A stretch of 64,000 nucleotides of DNA from Phoronis australis (taxonomy: Eukaryota; Animalia; Phoronida), in contig NMRA01000568.1 in NCBI GenBank assembly GCA_002633005.1, positions 162,759 to 226,758 of the forward strand. Direction: 5' to 3'. A program made the translations under genes and the position numbers. The notes beneath the pieces were generated by a model. The model worked only from the letters and a program-made list of their open reading frames with translations, did not search any database and was not told the DNA's origin. Of the stretch, positions 12,500-26,294 are shown in pieces (position 1 is the stretch's first letter; the number at the start of each line of letters is the position of its first letter).

Positions 12500-14625
12500 G
12501 AATGAACTGTGAAGTGTTAACAAGTATTAACATTGGAAGTGACCACAGAATGGTTAGAACAAAAATAAGAATCAACAAAAGACTACTAAGGCTTAAAAGA
12601 ATGCAAAGACTGAGACCATTCAAGGCAAACACAGAACACATGGAACAATGCAAAGAGGAACTTCAACTGACACTAAAAAAGAGATTTCAAGCCTTAGAAG
12701 AAGAGACTCAATCAATAGAAACTTTTAACAAATATCCTAACAGAAGAAGTCAAGATCCTACGTGAGAAAAAGGAAAGACAGACAAAAGCCCATCACCATA
12801 AGACATTAAAATTACACAGATGGACACAAAAAGAAAAGAACTGTACAAGAAAGACAAAAAGACAGAAAGAGAAAGAATAGAATACAGTGAACTTAAAAAG
12901 CAGTGAAAAAATGAAGAGAAATAGAGCCCGACGAAAAAGAACAAAGATGATAATGGGCACAATTGAAAAAGAAAAAGGACCAAAAGAAATCTACAAGCAA
13001 GGAAATAAAAAGAAGATATCAAAAATGCGAAATCCTAACGGAGAAATGACTAACAACGGAGAAGAAATACTCAAAATATGTGCCGATTTCTAAAAAAAAT
13101 GATATGAGAAAACGATGAAACCACCAGAAAAGATGGGAATCAGGAATCTAGACACAGAACAAGTACCACCTTTCACTGAGGTGAAAGTAGAGCATACCCT
13201 CAGAAGGATGAAGAACAGAATAGCATCAGGAAATGGTAATATTACAAGCGATATAATTTCGGCAGGAGGACAAGAAACAATCAAATACTTGACAAAAGCA
13301 TTCAATGTAATTCTAAGGACCCAAAACATCCCAGAATGCTGGAAAGAAGCAAAAATAATAATATTGTTTAAAAAAGGAGACCGAAGTGACATAAAGAACT
13401 ATAGACCCATAAGCTTATTAGCTCATACATACAAACTGCTCACAAGGCTATTACAAAATAGAATGGAGAAACAACTGGAAGAAAATCAACCCCGAGAACA
13501 AGCAGGGCTTAGAAAGAACTACTCAGCAACAGACCACCTTGACAAACAATTGAAAAATGTAACGAATTTAACCTGGCACTGTGTGTTGGTCTCATAGACT
13601 ATGAAAAGCCTTTTGATTCAATTGGACACCTTGCCATCACTGAAGCCCTAAAAAACACCAATAAAAATGAAACATTTGTAAAACTACTGCAAAATATATA
13701 TACAGATGCCACCGCCAGAATACACATCGACAACCACGTCTCTAAAAGATTCAACATAGAGAGATGAGTTAGACAGGGAGACCCAATTTCAAATAAACTG
13801 TTTACACTGACAATGGAAGAAACATAGACGAGGACATGTAACACACCTAAGATTTGTGCACAGAAGACATAATGCCATTAGAAACAAATTTAAATATACT
13901 GAATAAAGAAAGCAGCAATGTGGGATTAAAGATACACAAGAACAAGACAAAGCACATGAACATTTTTGAAACAGATGAACAGTAACACTGGAGAACAAGA
14001 TCATTGAAAGTGTCATACAATATAAATATCAGGGACAAACTATACAAATGGGAAACCGTATGACCAGTGAAATACAAATCCGAAAGAGCCGGATGGAGTT
14101 GCTTTGGACAAAACAGAGAAATATTCCAAGATAAGAACATACCCATATCCCTGAAAAATATTTGACTAGTGCATCATCCCCACAGTCACCTATGGATGCC
14201 AAACATGGACCTTGACAAAACAGACAATTGCCAAACAGAGAACAACACAGAGAGCAATGGAGAGAGAAATGCTTGGAATAAAGCTACTAGACAGGATTCC
14301 ACACACAGATAGGGGAACAAACAGGAGTTATGGACATAATCAAGACAATTCTGAAATTGAAATGGAGGTGGGACGGACACGTCGCAAGAGCACAGGACAA
14401 CAGATGGACAAAAAGATGCACAGTGTGGCAACCCAGATACATGTATGGAAAGAGATCAAGACGACGGTTCCAAGCCACATGGAGAGATGACAGCGTGAAG
14501 ACGAGAGGCACAACGAGGATGAGAGCGGCAAGAGACAAAACAAATTGGAAGGCATTGTCGGAGGGCTACATCTTGCAGCAGATGGACAATGCCTAGAGTC
14601 AGTAAGTCAGTCAGAGTCAGAGTCA
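12500..14625 (+). mobile_element. 5'-truncated, decayed RTE-clade LINE
   Basis: End of the AP endonuclease (NIGSDHRMV); RT motifs WKEAKIIILFKKGD..NYRPISLL, QPREQAG, DYEK, VRQGDPIS; C-terminal TYGCQTW and KWRWDGHVAR..RWTK. Many stops and frameshifts; YADD region not recognisable; ends in an (AG)AGTC microsatellite tail at 14595-14625. Confidence 0.92.
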
Positions 14626-16093
14626 ATGTGACTTCACCGGAAGAGGGGCAAAACCCGCATTATTGCTCTTGTTTGTCCCCAGTCTTTGCTACGCACGCTA
14701 AATCTTACTGGAGATCTTATGGTGAATTTTACGCTTAAGAGCCCGTCCACGAATGGACCAGGCAAAAAGTGATAAAGGCTATGTCACGGATTTCCTCGAT
14801 TGTTTGCATGATGGTAGGGGTTGATGCCCCAACCTTCATACCAACATTAATTTTTTTGCGTGCGCCACCTTGTGGTTGCTATGGGAACGTGTTTTTTTCT
14901 GTCAATTCCAAGCCTCGTTACAGCTACATTTTGGCACTTTTTGCGAACTTACCTTGAGAACAATAGTGCAAAATGAAACACTTCAAGTTTATCACTGAAT
15001 TGGGGTGTCTTTAACTTGCCAGTCATAGAAAATGTCAAGGTTTCAGTTACATCTTAACCGTTTTTGAAGGCTACCAGTTTAGCTAGTTTGTGGTGATTCC
15101 AAAATGTTGAAAATTGCCCTACTTCCTGCCTCAATATCTCAGCTGAAGCCAAATTTAAAACAACAAAACTACAACCAGTGTTTAGATTGATCTTAGCTCT
15201 ACAAAATAAAACCATAAAAAGTCTAGGCAATCACCCTTCTTCATACCGCTTCGGGCTCTAGAAGTAGGGCACCGCACCAAAATTATGCAACTGGCCAATG
15301 TCTGCATAGTAACAAATGTATGCGAGGATTCAAAATACAGTTTTGAAATCTTAAAATAGGCGATCGAACATATCAAGAGAACTTTAATTTTGTTACTTTA
15401 CAGAAAATAATGAGAAGCACAACAAGGCACGTTGGTTTCCTTTGACCCTGACGATAACGCTGCCAATAGCATGTGCATATACTCACCGTTTCAAAATACA
15501 TCATGGTTGAGTAAAAAATCTCTAACGTCTTCAGTTATACTTAACTGGGAACTTGAACTCTGAAATTTTAATGTGTGGGTCTGATTGAAATTTAGTTTTC
15601 TAATGTTCTCGAAGTCGGTTGATCGTGTCCCGACGCATCTCAATTCAACAAATTTTATAAAAAACAATATCAGGTGTATTGGGCCGTTAGGAGACAACTG
15701 CATCTCCATACACTCGGTGTATATCACCAAACCCAAACAAATCAGACAGCAAAGTAGTTAGTCATAAAAAAGAGATGTATTGAAATGGTATTGGTTAAAT
15801 GCTGTGAAATGAGGTTAGAAAAACTGATCTGATAATTATAGTCGACTACCGGTGAAATTGACGTTGTTGAATAACTTTTCTTACGCTTCTCATTCGGGAA
15901 AGTCCCCGAACAGCACACGCCCAGATGTGCATATGGATGTCTGAATATTCTCGCATTATGGATACCAATGTTTTTTAGTTTTCACCGACAACGCATAGAA
16001 TGATGTATTTGCGGAAGGTTTGTAGGAAACAAAGTATTTCACACGCAAGATAGCAGAAAAATCAGTTCAGATGTTTTTTGCATCTATCAGTTT

Positions 16094-16132
16094 CAATGGC
16101 GGATTCCAGGAGGGGGCCAAGGGGGCCATGCC
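16094..16132 (+). repeat. 5' end of a CAGTGGCGGAT-family short TIR element, cut by a gap
   Basis: CAATGGCGGATTCCAGGAGGGGGCCAAGGGGGCCATG matches the copy at 23900. Confidence 0.65.
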
Positions 16133-19100
16133 NNNNNNNNNNNNNNNNNNNNNNNNNNNNNNNNNNNNNNNNNNNNNNNNNNNNNNNNNNNNNNNNNNNN
16201 NNNNNNNNNNNNNNNNNNNNNNNNNNNNNNNNNNNNNNNNNNNNNNNNNNNNNNNNNNNNNNNNNNNNNNNNNNNNNNNNNNNNNNNNNNNNNNNNNNNN
16301 NNNNNNNNNNNNNNNNNNNNNNNNNNNNNNNNNNNNNNNNNNNNNNNNNNNNNNNNNNNNNNNNNNNNNNNNNNNNNNNNNNNNNNNNNNNNNNNNNNNN
16401 NNNNNNNNNNNNNNNNNNNNNNNNNNNNNNNNNNNNNNNNNNNNNNNNNNNNNNNNNNNNNNNNNNNNNNNNNNNNNNNNNNNNNNNNNNNNNNNNNNNN
16501 NNNNNNNNNNNNNNNNNNNNNNNNNNNNNNNNNNNNNNNNNNNGCTTGGCTATGGGCTTGGAGCATTTCTGATGTTGAAGGTGGGCACATATCTTACTTT
16601 TACTGAGCCTCGATCTGATTCCATGCTGAGATCGACGATTTTTACAAACTGGGGGGTGGGTGGGGGGGTTGTTGGGGCAAACTGTTGTAAACAAGCCCAC
16701 TCTGACCCTGGCAAGAATCAGCTGCCACTTTCAGTTTCAGCACTGTCACTGAACGGGACTGGGTCGGTGACTTTAACATATTTCAAATGGCTTGCTATGG
16801 ACTTGCTGCAATCAGTTAGTGCTTCAATTGCTTGCTGCATGGTTTTGATATTCCTTTGAAGCTCCATAAACCAGATTTGAAGGATTATGCCAACGAACAC
16901 ACTATATTAACTACTTCCACCACCTCATCAGCCATTTTTTCTTCAGTGATATCAGAGACACCTGAAGGGTTCTTCATCAAAATGGTAATTCACAGTAACA
17001 AAAAACAAAAAAAAACAACAAAAAATACTAGTTTTATCGAGTTTTATTTGCTAAGAAATAAGCCCAATAATTTAACAACCATTTGAGCACTTTTAAATCT
17101 CAAAACTCAACATTTTCGATGACTAGTAGCTATTGTCACAAGTGCTCACTTTGGCTGAGGTGGCTTCGAACAATTGCTTATTACTATATGAAGACATGTG
17201 TTTGCCGGTGGTTTTGATGCCAAATACATGTATCTATTCTACTAAGATAGAACAAACCCACGATTAAGTTTCAAAGTGTAAAATTTGGCTTCAGGTGAGA
17301 TTGACTCATTCAAACCTGGGCAAGTTATCCATGTTTTCTGCTTGTATGACCCCATGACCCTTCAAACCCCAAAATGTGGAATTTAAGGAAGACAATGGAT
17401 GACCTAATATACAAAACAGTAGCTATTTCATTTTCTAGTAGCTTCTGTAATTACTTACATGTACAATGTCACAAAAACTGTGATTATTGGGGTAAGTTCT
17501 GATAGTGGTTTTCAGTGAAAACTGAGGTACCCGACTTTTACGCAACCTAACGCGATAGAATTTGTTTAAAGTGCATTTTAGTAATTACCATAAGAAAGAA
17601 AACAAAAATGCATAATAAGATCCAAATCCGTGACATAGGGTTTATCACCCCTGCATGGATTTTTGCCTCGTCTGAAGTGTACTGCACTCTTAAAACGTTA
17701 ACACAACTTAAGAGATGGTAGATGGATCGTGGAATAATTGTAGATGGACGAAGAAAATGTGAACTTGTTATGTTGTGCGAAGCTGTGAACGGACTGAAAT
17801 TGGAACTCAACTCGGTCTAGGACTGAATGACGCAGGCAACCATTACCAGCAATTCGTAAACTAGGTCATCCGCCAGGTTCTCTGCGTAAACTAGGCCATC
17901 GCTTATGGACCAGTTAGCGCTTCACTCTCCGTGTGTCTCACTGGAGAGAAGCACCAGGAAGGTTGTTCTACATTTTGTAGCCCAAAATTACCAAAGTTCA
18001 AATATATTCCGTTAATAAGGAAAGACAATACATATCATTACAGATGTGTGGCCAATATCATGAGCCACCACTCGTAAGCAAATCAAAGCTGCCCTTACTC
18101 GTTGCCTTATCTCGCACTACCTCAATCGACTAGTTTTCAGTTCGCAATGCAGCAATACAATTCTCATACATTCAACTTGTAATGGCCCCTTTCAATTTTA
18201 AACCATGCCCGAGGTACTCGGAAACAACTTATTGTTAGGTACAACGAGGTTTTTTTTTTTCTTGAAGTGGATCGTAAACATCTCAGGTGAGTTTTCCGCA
18301 CGCAGCTACTTTGGTTTAGGCTGAATTTTAGCTCCCATACTACTATGGGCCGGGCCGATCAAGGGCCAATTCCTGTTGTACGCACTACTTATAGAATTGG
18401 AATCAAACTGCTATATATAGAGAAAATGTTTATTAGTATACTGGTGTGAATATTATCAGTGATTTAACCACAAACTTCGAATTAACTAGACCCACTAATG
18501 GTAGTCTATGATGATCAACTGATATCAAAAGGCCAAAATTGGCAATTTTCGACTACCCCATGTTAAATACAAAATTTTGTCTAATTTTCTTCAAACTCCT
18601 ACATTTCAATCTTGATTATACTGACATCTGTTGGGTCTATCGGCAACTAACCGCACATGAAAGGCTTGGTCGAAAATTATCGTTTTCACACATGCTCTTT
18701 CGGGTTTTTAGCCGCGATTTCACTGATCGAAGCCACAAAATAAGCCAAAACTTTGGCTATACCATGTTAAACATAAAATGTTTTCCAATTTTGCTGAAAC
18801 TTGGCCACGTTTTGAACAAAATACTTATCTATGTTATGTGCTATCGGCAAATGTGATTGATTCACAAATAAGACCCTCACGCTGTGTTTTCTGCGAATCC
18901 CATGTATCCTGAAGGGGGCTAACTGAGTGATTTTCGCGCATGCGCAGTTCACGGTATCAATATTGCTGGTAATGACACGGCAATAGAATACCCATAAAAA
19001 CTTCTTCACTTCAAAACACAGCAAATAAAATCAAATGAAACATGCATGTGTGCCCATGGAGTTTTAATTAACACATACCACGATACAATTTAGTCTACAA

Positions 19101-22100
19101 ATAACTTGTACATATTCATGAAGACATCGAGGTTCGGTCGCTCGAGTTTCTCTCGCCGAGCGCCATTTTGAGGAAGTTACGTGAAATCACGCCTGTTGGC
19201 GAACAAAAAGTCCAAGGGACACAAATCTTACAAATTTCACTTGATATTTTCTCATGCTATTTTGCAAGTGTCACGCGCCAGGTCTCGCGCTGAGCTCAGT
19301 CTCGCGCTAGCCTTTGCATCATACTCACCTGACTCAGTTGAAATACTTTGTGGTTATCGTGCGCGCGTCAAAGTTAACAGTAACCACAAAGTGGAGTTGG
19401 AATTCTTCGCCAAAGTCACCTGAATTCCAAGAGCTATGCTTCATCGAAGATTTGTTTTGAAGAAGAAAGTATCACTGAAGAAATTTAGCGCCTTTTAGGT
19501 GATAAATTTACGTGTAGAATATATTTTTGACCAGGTGAAAACATAATCAGTGAGCGGATTTTGCCTATCGCCCGTTTAACTACACGGGACGAAATTAATG
19601 CAGAACGCGATGGAACATATTGTTGTGCGAATCTGAGTTTCATTTGCCATAACAGCAATGCTTGTTTGGCATTTATCAAACTAAACGGCTAAAAACTCGA
19701 AGAAAACAACAGAATACACTCTGCTACAGTATTGGGCAAATGGCCAAACGACAAGCTTTTGCCCCACTTCCCGTGACGTCATTGTTAAGTCTCACATAAT
19801 CTCGCGTTATTGTTATAAACTCGTAAAAGGAATACTGTACTTCCGGGTTGGTGGTAAGTTCAAACTGGCGCCGTGTTCTTCGGGTTCGAATCGTGAGTGA
19901 CGCGTTTCTTTAAACTTAATTCAATTACGAATTGTGTATTAGTTATGGGGTAGGTACTTCTTGGATCCTGCTGACATCTTCTAACCATGGGCTGACAACG
20001 TGTGCTTCTTGGACTTTAAGGCAGGGCGGAAGTTTGAAGTGTATGGTCACGGCTAATTACCCACATAGCGGCGAGGCTAGTGGTCTACAAATTCCACGCA
20101 CAATCATTTTTTCAGGTCTGTCGGATATTATTGATAAATTGGAGACGTTACTATATAATTTTAGGACTGTAGGTAAGGCACTTTTCGCACGTACACGTTT
20201 ATTTTAGTAAAGTCTGAAAACGCGCGGGGGTGCTTATAGGGACATGGACGGTTATTAGGGTGAATACGGTTCACAACCTAGAGTTGGCGCGATATGGATT
20301 TTAATATTTTCATAAGTTACCTTGAAGAAACATAAAAGTGAAAATATTTTGAATTTTATCTTAGTTGAGCGTGGTATTTGAAGTAACAATTTAATTGAAG
20401 TAATTGGCGACTGGTCAAGTACGAAAAAGTTTAAAGCTGCAATTCGAACGTTTAGCTGTCAATATTGAATTCTTCATCGAAACGCTCTGCGAGTTAAAAA
20501 ACATTACCACACTCATTCGATCTAGTGTCGAATCAGTCCGAAACTCAAGCCACAGGCATTGTGTTCATGCGCATTTTTGATACGCAGTTTTAGGATTGGC
20601 TAATCCTAGTAAACCCTGAAGTGTTTTCTCTTCTTGCTGATGGTTTCGATATTCTTGTTACCAATGGTAATAGAATCTTATCATGATAAGCAATACTAGG
20701 AGAGTAAAAGGCCTAATTTAATTTTCGCTGTTTAGCCTGCTAAGCGTTGAAATACATCTTTAACATTAGAAATTGTACGTAAGTTCTTCACATCATATGA
20801 AGTCTACGTAACACTGGTTTCACTTCCATTGGGTTCAATTGTTATCTACCGTCTAATTATTTACTTTCAACGATGCAAAGCTACTCTTTGTAACCTTATT
20901 TTTCGTTTTTATGTCGACTATATGTTTCTACTAACCCCTTTATTGTTCAACTTGCTATTCATGATTCTGATGTGTTCTTTAAATCGAAGATTCGTATATT
21001 TTGCTAGAGATCTATGTACAACCTGTCATATTTTAGTATGTTTCCTTATATGGACTAATGTATTTATATATGGCATGTCTGGCTAATACGAGTGGTTACA
21101 TAACATCAGTGACAGCTTTTCTTTCAGTAAAAAATACAACTCAGTCTTCCACCAAGCCTATAACTTTATTGAAATCGGAATATCTCCAAACAAATTACAC
21201 CCGGATCCAGACAGTTTCTTCACTTCGGTAACATTCCGTCAGTTTCTGAAATTTTTTTTTGTGTAATTCAATAGTTGACATTCTAATTATATAAAATACG
21301 TTCTATGTGGTCCCATTGTTAAATACAATCACGTAAACACGTACTACGACCCAATGCTCGGTTCAATTCGTTTATGTACTCACTGTAAAGTTTGGACTAA
21401 GTTTTCAAATTTCCTTACAAAGCTAGCTAAACGGGAAAGTGTGGCCTACGCCTTTGTGTACATGTATGGTCGAAAGTTAAGGAAAACTGAAATGACGACA
21501 GCTACAATTCTCCATCTGTTTCGCACAAAAATAAATAATTGTCATAATATTCATTTTTAAGGCTGATTACTTTTCTACAAAGTGTCGAAAGTTCACTAAA
21601 TGTTTTATGCCATCCACACAGTGCAAACGTCCTTGAATGTTTAACGTCATCTACACAGTACGAACTATGCTAGGAGTAGACTAAGGTGTTCGTAATTTTT
21701 GTTTGTGCGAAGAAATTTGACAAACTAGGATTACATTTTTAGACCATATTTGTTCTAGATATATTTGAAGAATTACCGTAAAGCACAATCAGGAACGTAA
21801 ATAATCTACTAAACTTGAGGCTACGCTTGCAGTGACGGTGGTAAGGTCACGGCTGAGTCCAACAAATGATAGCCATAGGTGCCCACTCACGTTTGTCGTA
21901 TGCCCTCTTATCGCGTTTTAAGTTAAAGCTGCATGTTTGACCTGTCTAACCAGGAGATCAAAAACTGATTCTTCATCGAGTTTGTTGAATCCAAATGCAA
22001 AGGCGGATGTCTTCTACTCTAATTTCTTGAATTTTTATATTCACGTGCGTTTTTTTATTGTTACGGAAAGATAGACCAGAAAAACGTCAGGTCAGAAAGG

Positions 22101-22792
22101 GGCATGATGTTTACTGTCTATGAGTCTATGTAGGCCCACTGTGCGTATAGGTGAAGGTGTGTGTGTGCCCTTATCATTAGGAGCATGCACTTATAATTAA
22201 TGGAATCGTTTGAGCAAAACTGATGGGCGAGTTTCTAAAATATTACGTCTCTTAAACTTGAACCATCCCCCTCTGAGGCGGATAAACATTGACGTACATT
22301 CATTAAAACGTTAACTATGAAATAAAATAGTTTTACGAACGGTCAACCCATTTAAAGACAAGAAGAGAATACGCAGATGGTAGCCGCCGGGTCCTACTCT
22401 TGAAGCTTTAACGCTTGCGCCTCAATGGAAGGCACTAGAGTATACAACCCCCTATAAGAACCATTCTACTACTTTCTGCTGTCTTTTATTTTTTAAAAAA
22501 TGTGATTCTTTGAATAAAAACACCACCAGTTCTGGCGAAGTCATTCCAGAGCATTTTGTCGTTAACTTACCTGCAGAGAATGTCCAAAAATATATCTGCA
22601 ATTTCTTAGAAAAGGGAACAAAGATCCTATCGGAGATAACGGTGTTTCATCATACACTAGAATTTTTGTGACTCTCACTGAGGCTATTAAACAATTACAT
22701 ATTGTAGCCGTTACAAAATGATCTAACAGTCTCTCCAGATTTATTTAACTGCTCAGCCCTTGACACTAGGTCATTGGGAGCCCGACGAGGAG

Positions 22793-23382
22793 CTCGCTGG
22801 TTCCCTGCGTGTCGCTAGGTGGGGCGGCAGCCGCGCCAGCACGCACAGGTATAACTTAATTTTCCTGGGGATTTTTTTTACATCGGCGTTTCTGATTGGC
22901 TTGACGAATTCTCAACAGGCAGCGCTTTACGCAAACAAACTGGCATGACTGATGGACTGAAGTGTAAACGTTGTCTGTTGTACAGACAAATCAGTGCTTA
23001 AAATTTATGTTCATGAAATGTGAAGCCTAGAAATTTGTGTGATTGCGCCTTCGTTTTCGGAATGCATCTTTCTACCGTCGATGACTTTTGTTTACGATAG
23101 TGTCATGTATTAATACAGTATGAATAACACACCGGTTAAATCGGCCAGATATGTGTTTATTGTACACGTATGTGCGTCAAGCACGTAGCTATTAAATATC
23201 ACTGCAGAAACGAAGTAGTTGCTGCGACGCCACTTGCATGGCAAGGCTAAAAATCCTTCACAGTCCACTATTTTTTTCACGGTATTTTCAAGCTAACCAA
23301 TGGCTGCCAAGGTTAAATCGACCAATGCTAAAGCGCGTGCCACTGAGTGATGGCTGGGCTAAGTACGCAGGGAACCAGCGAG
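22793..23382. mobile_element. 590-bp non-autonomous DNA transposon with 18-bp TIRs and 9-bp TSD (Mutator-like by TSD length)
   Basis: CTCGCTGGTTCCCTGCGT ... ACGCAGGGAACCAGCGAG, flanked by GACGAGGAG at 22784-22792 and 23383-23391. Confidence 0.88.
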
Positions 23383-23899
23383 GACGAGGAGTGGCGTTAT
23401 GCCGCAACTGTGACCTTTGACATTAAGGGTGGGACTAGTACTATGTCTTAATGACACAAATTCTATTGGTATCAATGCTGAAACTCGTTTTAATACAAAT
23501 CTGCCTAGCGAAAGTACATGTAGGCCTAATCTTGAAGCAATATTGTCGTGTCGGATGTAATCAAATGAACGTTAGTTTCTGTGAAACCTCAGCTTTGTAT
23601 TCAATATTCGGTATCAGACATTTATTTTCAGTTTCAACATACAGTATACGACAAGCATCATCAATTTGCTTAGTTTCGGATATAGTTGACGTTCTTAGCA
23701 TGAGAGAACGTGTGCGTGGTAAGAAAGATTGTCACAATAATCAACATTATATTTGCACAGTCCCACATCTGGGGGGAATCCAAGTCAAAATTTGCGCGGC
23801 AATTATGAGGTCGCTGTACAGTTTCGACGAGAGCGATAACGGTTTCGATCTGAATTTACGGTCTCACTGACAGGTTATAGCTCAATCGTGACCGATATG

Positions 23900-24061
23900 C
23901 ACTGGCGGATTTAGAGGGGGGCCAAGGGGGCCATGCACCCCCCTAAAATTCTCCAAGATTTCATTGGGTTGTTCGGGAGAGCCAATGTATGGCAGGCAAA
24001 ATTCTGGCTAATACTCTGCCCTGCCCCCCACCCCCTAACTCGAAATCCTGGATCCGCCCAT
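23900..24061 (+). mobile_element. CAGTGGCGGAT-family short TIR element
   Basis: CACTGGCGGATTTAGAGGGGGGCCAAGGGG...AAATCCTGGATCCGCCCA; homologous to 25177, 26148 and 32497. Confidence 0.8.
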
Positions 24062-25176
24062 ACTATGGGCCGTCAAAGTAACATTCACACTAAGCTTTAA
24101 GTAAGCAATTCATGAGACAAACAAAATAATCAAAAATATACAACAATGCCTCAGTTTTTGTTAACAAATTCGACTCGTGGTTGCATAGGGCATTTACCTA
24201 GCGCGGCCAGTTCCTAGCACTTTGCTGTCGGATTACTGGCCGGCTTATATGGCTAGTTATGTAGCAAGTATAGACTGAATTTGGGCTAAAAAAGTGTTTG
24301 GTGGATTTGGCAAGCGCAGCAAGTAAAAATGTAGTATTCACTATGCTGGCTGAATGAGCCAAGCATGCGAAAGGTACCTGTACACTGTATGATTTGTTTC
24401 CGAGAAAACAACCGGGGTATCCATCAAAACTAGAACTGAGACAACGTGCATGATCGTCCCGTTTAACTAGTCAAAATGACAATCAAATGAACCTTCGTAA
24501 AGTCATTGGCCTCAAAATATTCCTAACCAGATTCTTTAGCACACAAATAATCCAATAAACAACCACCGGTCTACCTTACGAGGACCAACTTCAGGTGAAA
24601 GGTGACAACAGCTACCGTCAGGAAGTCATTACTTTCTGCAACCATTCAGTAGTGGTAACAGCCTGAGAGCCATCAAGTTCTTGTAGGGGCCCAGTGTAAA
24701 ATTTGTACGATTACCAATGAGTGGGTAATTGTAGAAAGGGAATTGCACTCGAGCAGGGATGGCTTTAGGAGCTTACCTCTCGTTATTGACGCACTGAATT
24801 TTTCATGGGCGCAATGCAATTGCTAAACTCGGGCCAACTGACGTTGTTATCTGTCACACATTATTTTGTCTAGCTGCAGTCAGATTTTAACACAGCAACT
24901 GTAGATCGAAGCAATACTGCTTCGTGACACTTAAATGTTGCGCAACACAAGAAATCCCTGGAGAAATATACCCCCTGCAAAATCAATTTAGTGAGAAAGG
25001 ACAGAAAAAATAACGTGACCCATGTTTATCAAAATTAGCTCACAGATTTGAAGACGCGTGGATCGGTTATGCAGTGTTTCGAATATTAACGAATTTAGAT
25101 CGACGGCCAGTTTCATCTGCTAAATGACAGGCCCGTTATGAGTGTCTGGTTTTCTAAACAAAAGGCCGCTATACTG

Positions 25177-25316
25177 CAGTGGCGGATTTAGAGGGGGGGC
25201 AAGGGAGCCATAGCCAGATTTCTTTTGACAGTTTGGGAATGCAAATGTCCGACGCGTAAAACCCTGGCAAATGCTCTGCCCTGGCTCCTTAACTCAAAAT
25301 CCTGGATCCGCCCCTA
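25177..25316 (+). mobile_element. CAGTGGCGGAT-family short TIR element
   Basis: CAGTGGCGGATTTAGAGGGGGGGC...AAAATCCTGGATCCGCCCCT. Confidence 0.8.
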
Positions 25317-26147
25317 CATTTAATTCGAGTTTATGGGCTAACAACTAATATGACTATCAGGGTGCAGACCTGTAAGAAGGTAAATATCATATCCCGTCGC
25401 CACCACCTTCCTCGATCTCAAAATGTTGCAAATTTTGTTTCGACCCCCCTTGTATGACATAGTACGTGGGAGTGAATACGAGGGAGTATTTTTACTGTTT
25501 TGAGATACATGTAGGCAAATTTCGGTAAGTGTACATTGTTGTTTAGTGAACAGGTGATTTTGTTTACTTTAATCTGAAAACTAAACTCACTGAAGCATAA
25601 CGAGTTCTTACCAGCTTAGCTCCTAATCTTCAAAAATTATCTATGAATCTGTCGACTTTAGTATTTACATAAAGATGCCAGTCAGAAGCCAACGCCGGGG
25701 CACTCTCTGAAAATGTAATTATTAAATGTAAACTAACGTGTTCATAATACTTAATAAGACTGTGTATCGGTAACGAAAATCGTTTGTTAAGAACTAATTA
25801 ATCCATTCGGGAACACGCAGGAATTGATCCTGTGTTCGATTTCAGTTTCCCTGCAACAATAAGTTTTTGATTCAAGATTTGGAAATCACGCTTAATCCAA
25901 ACAATCTGAAAACTGAGCTGGTACTTTTTATGGATCACCTGTACAGCACGTGTTTTCGAGAGCCTCAGCTTTTAGCAAATAGGTCAACGTTCACATTCTA
26001 AAAACAGGGGAAACACATAAGCAAAGCTTTTTTGAGACCACGTGACTACTGCATAGGCCATGTGACTACCGCATAGACAGCCGTACGATTCACAAATCTT
26101 GCTTTTAGTAAGCAGAGATGAAACTGTTTTATGATGCCGATAATGTT

Positions 26148-26294
26148 CAGTAGCGGAGGGCTAAGGGGGAATGCTACCCCCAAAATTATCCGAGATTCCA
26201 TTTGTCAGTTCGGGGGTGCGAATGTCTAACTGGCAAAATCCTGGCTAATCCTCTGACCTGCCCCCTCCAACTCAAAATCCTAGATCCGTCCTTG
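26148..26294 (+). mobile_element. CAGTGGCGGAT-family short TIR element, diverged
   Basis: CAGTAGCGGA...GGCAAAATCCTGGCTAAT...AACTCAAAATCCTAGATCCGTCC. Confidence 0.7.

Noticed and set aside
16700-16980. Minus-strand coiled-coil-like ORF
   Set aside because: No identifiable motif or exon chain.
19150-19900. Promoter-like motifs (CGCCATTTT, TGACGTCA, CTTCCGG)
   Set aside because: No associated exon found, and such motifs are common inside DNA transposons.
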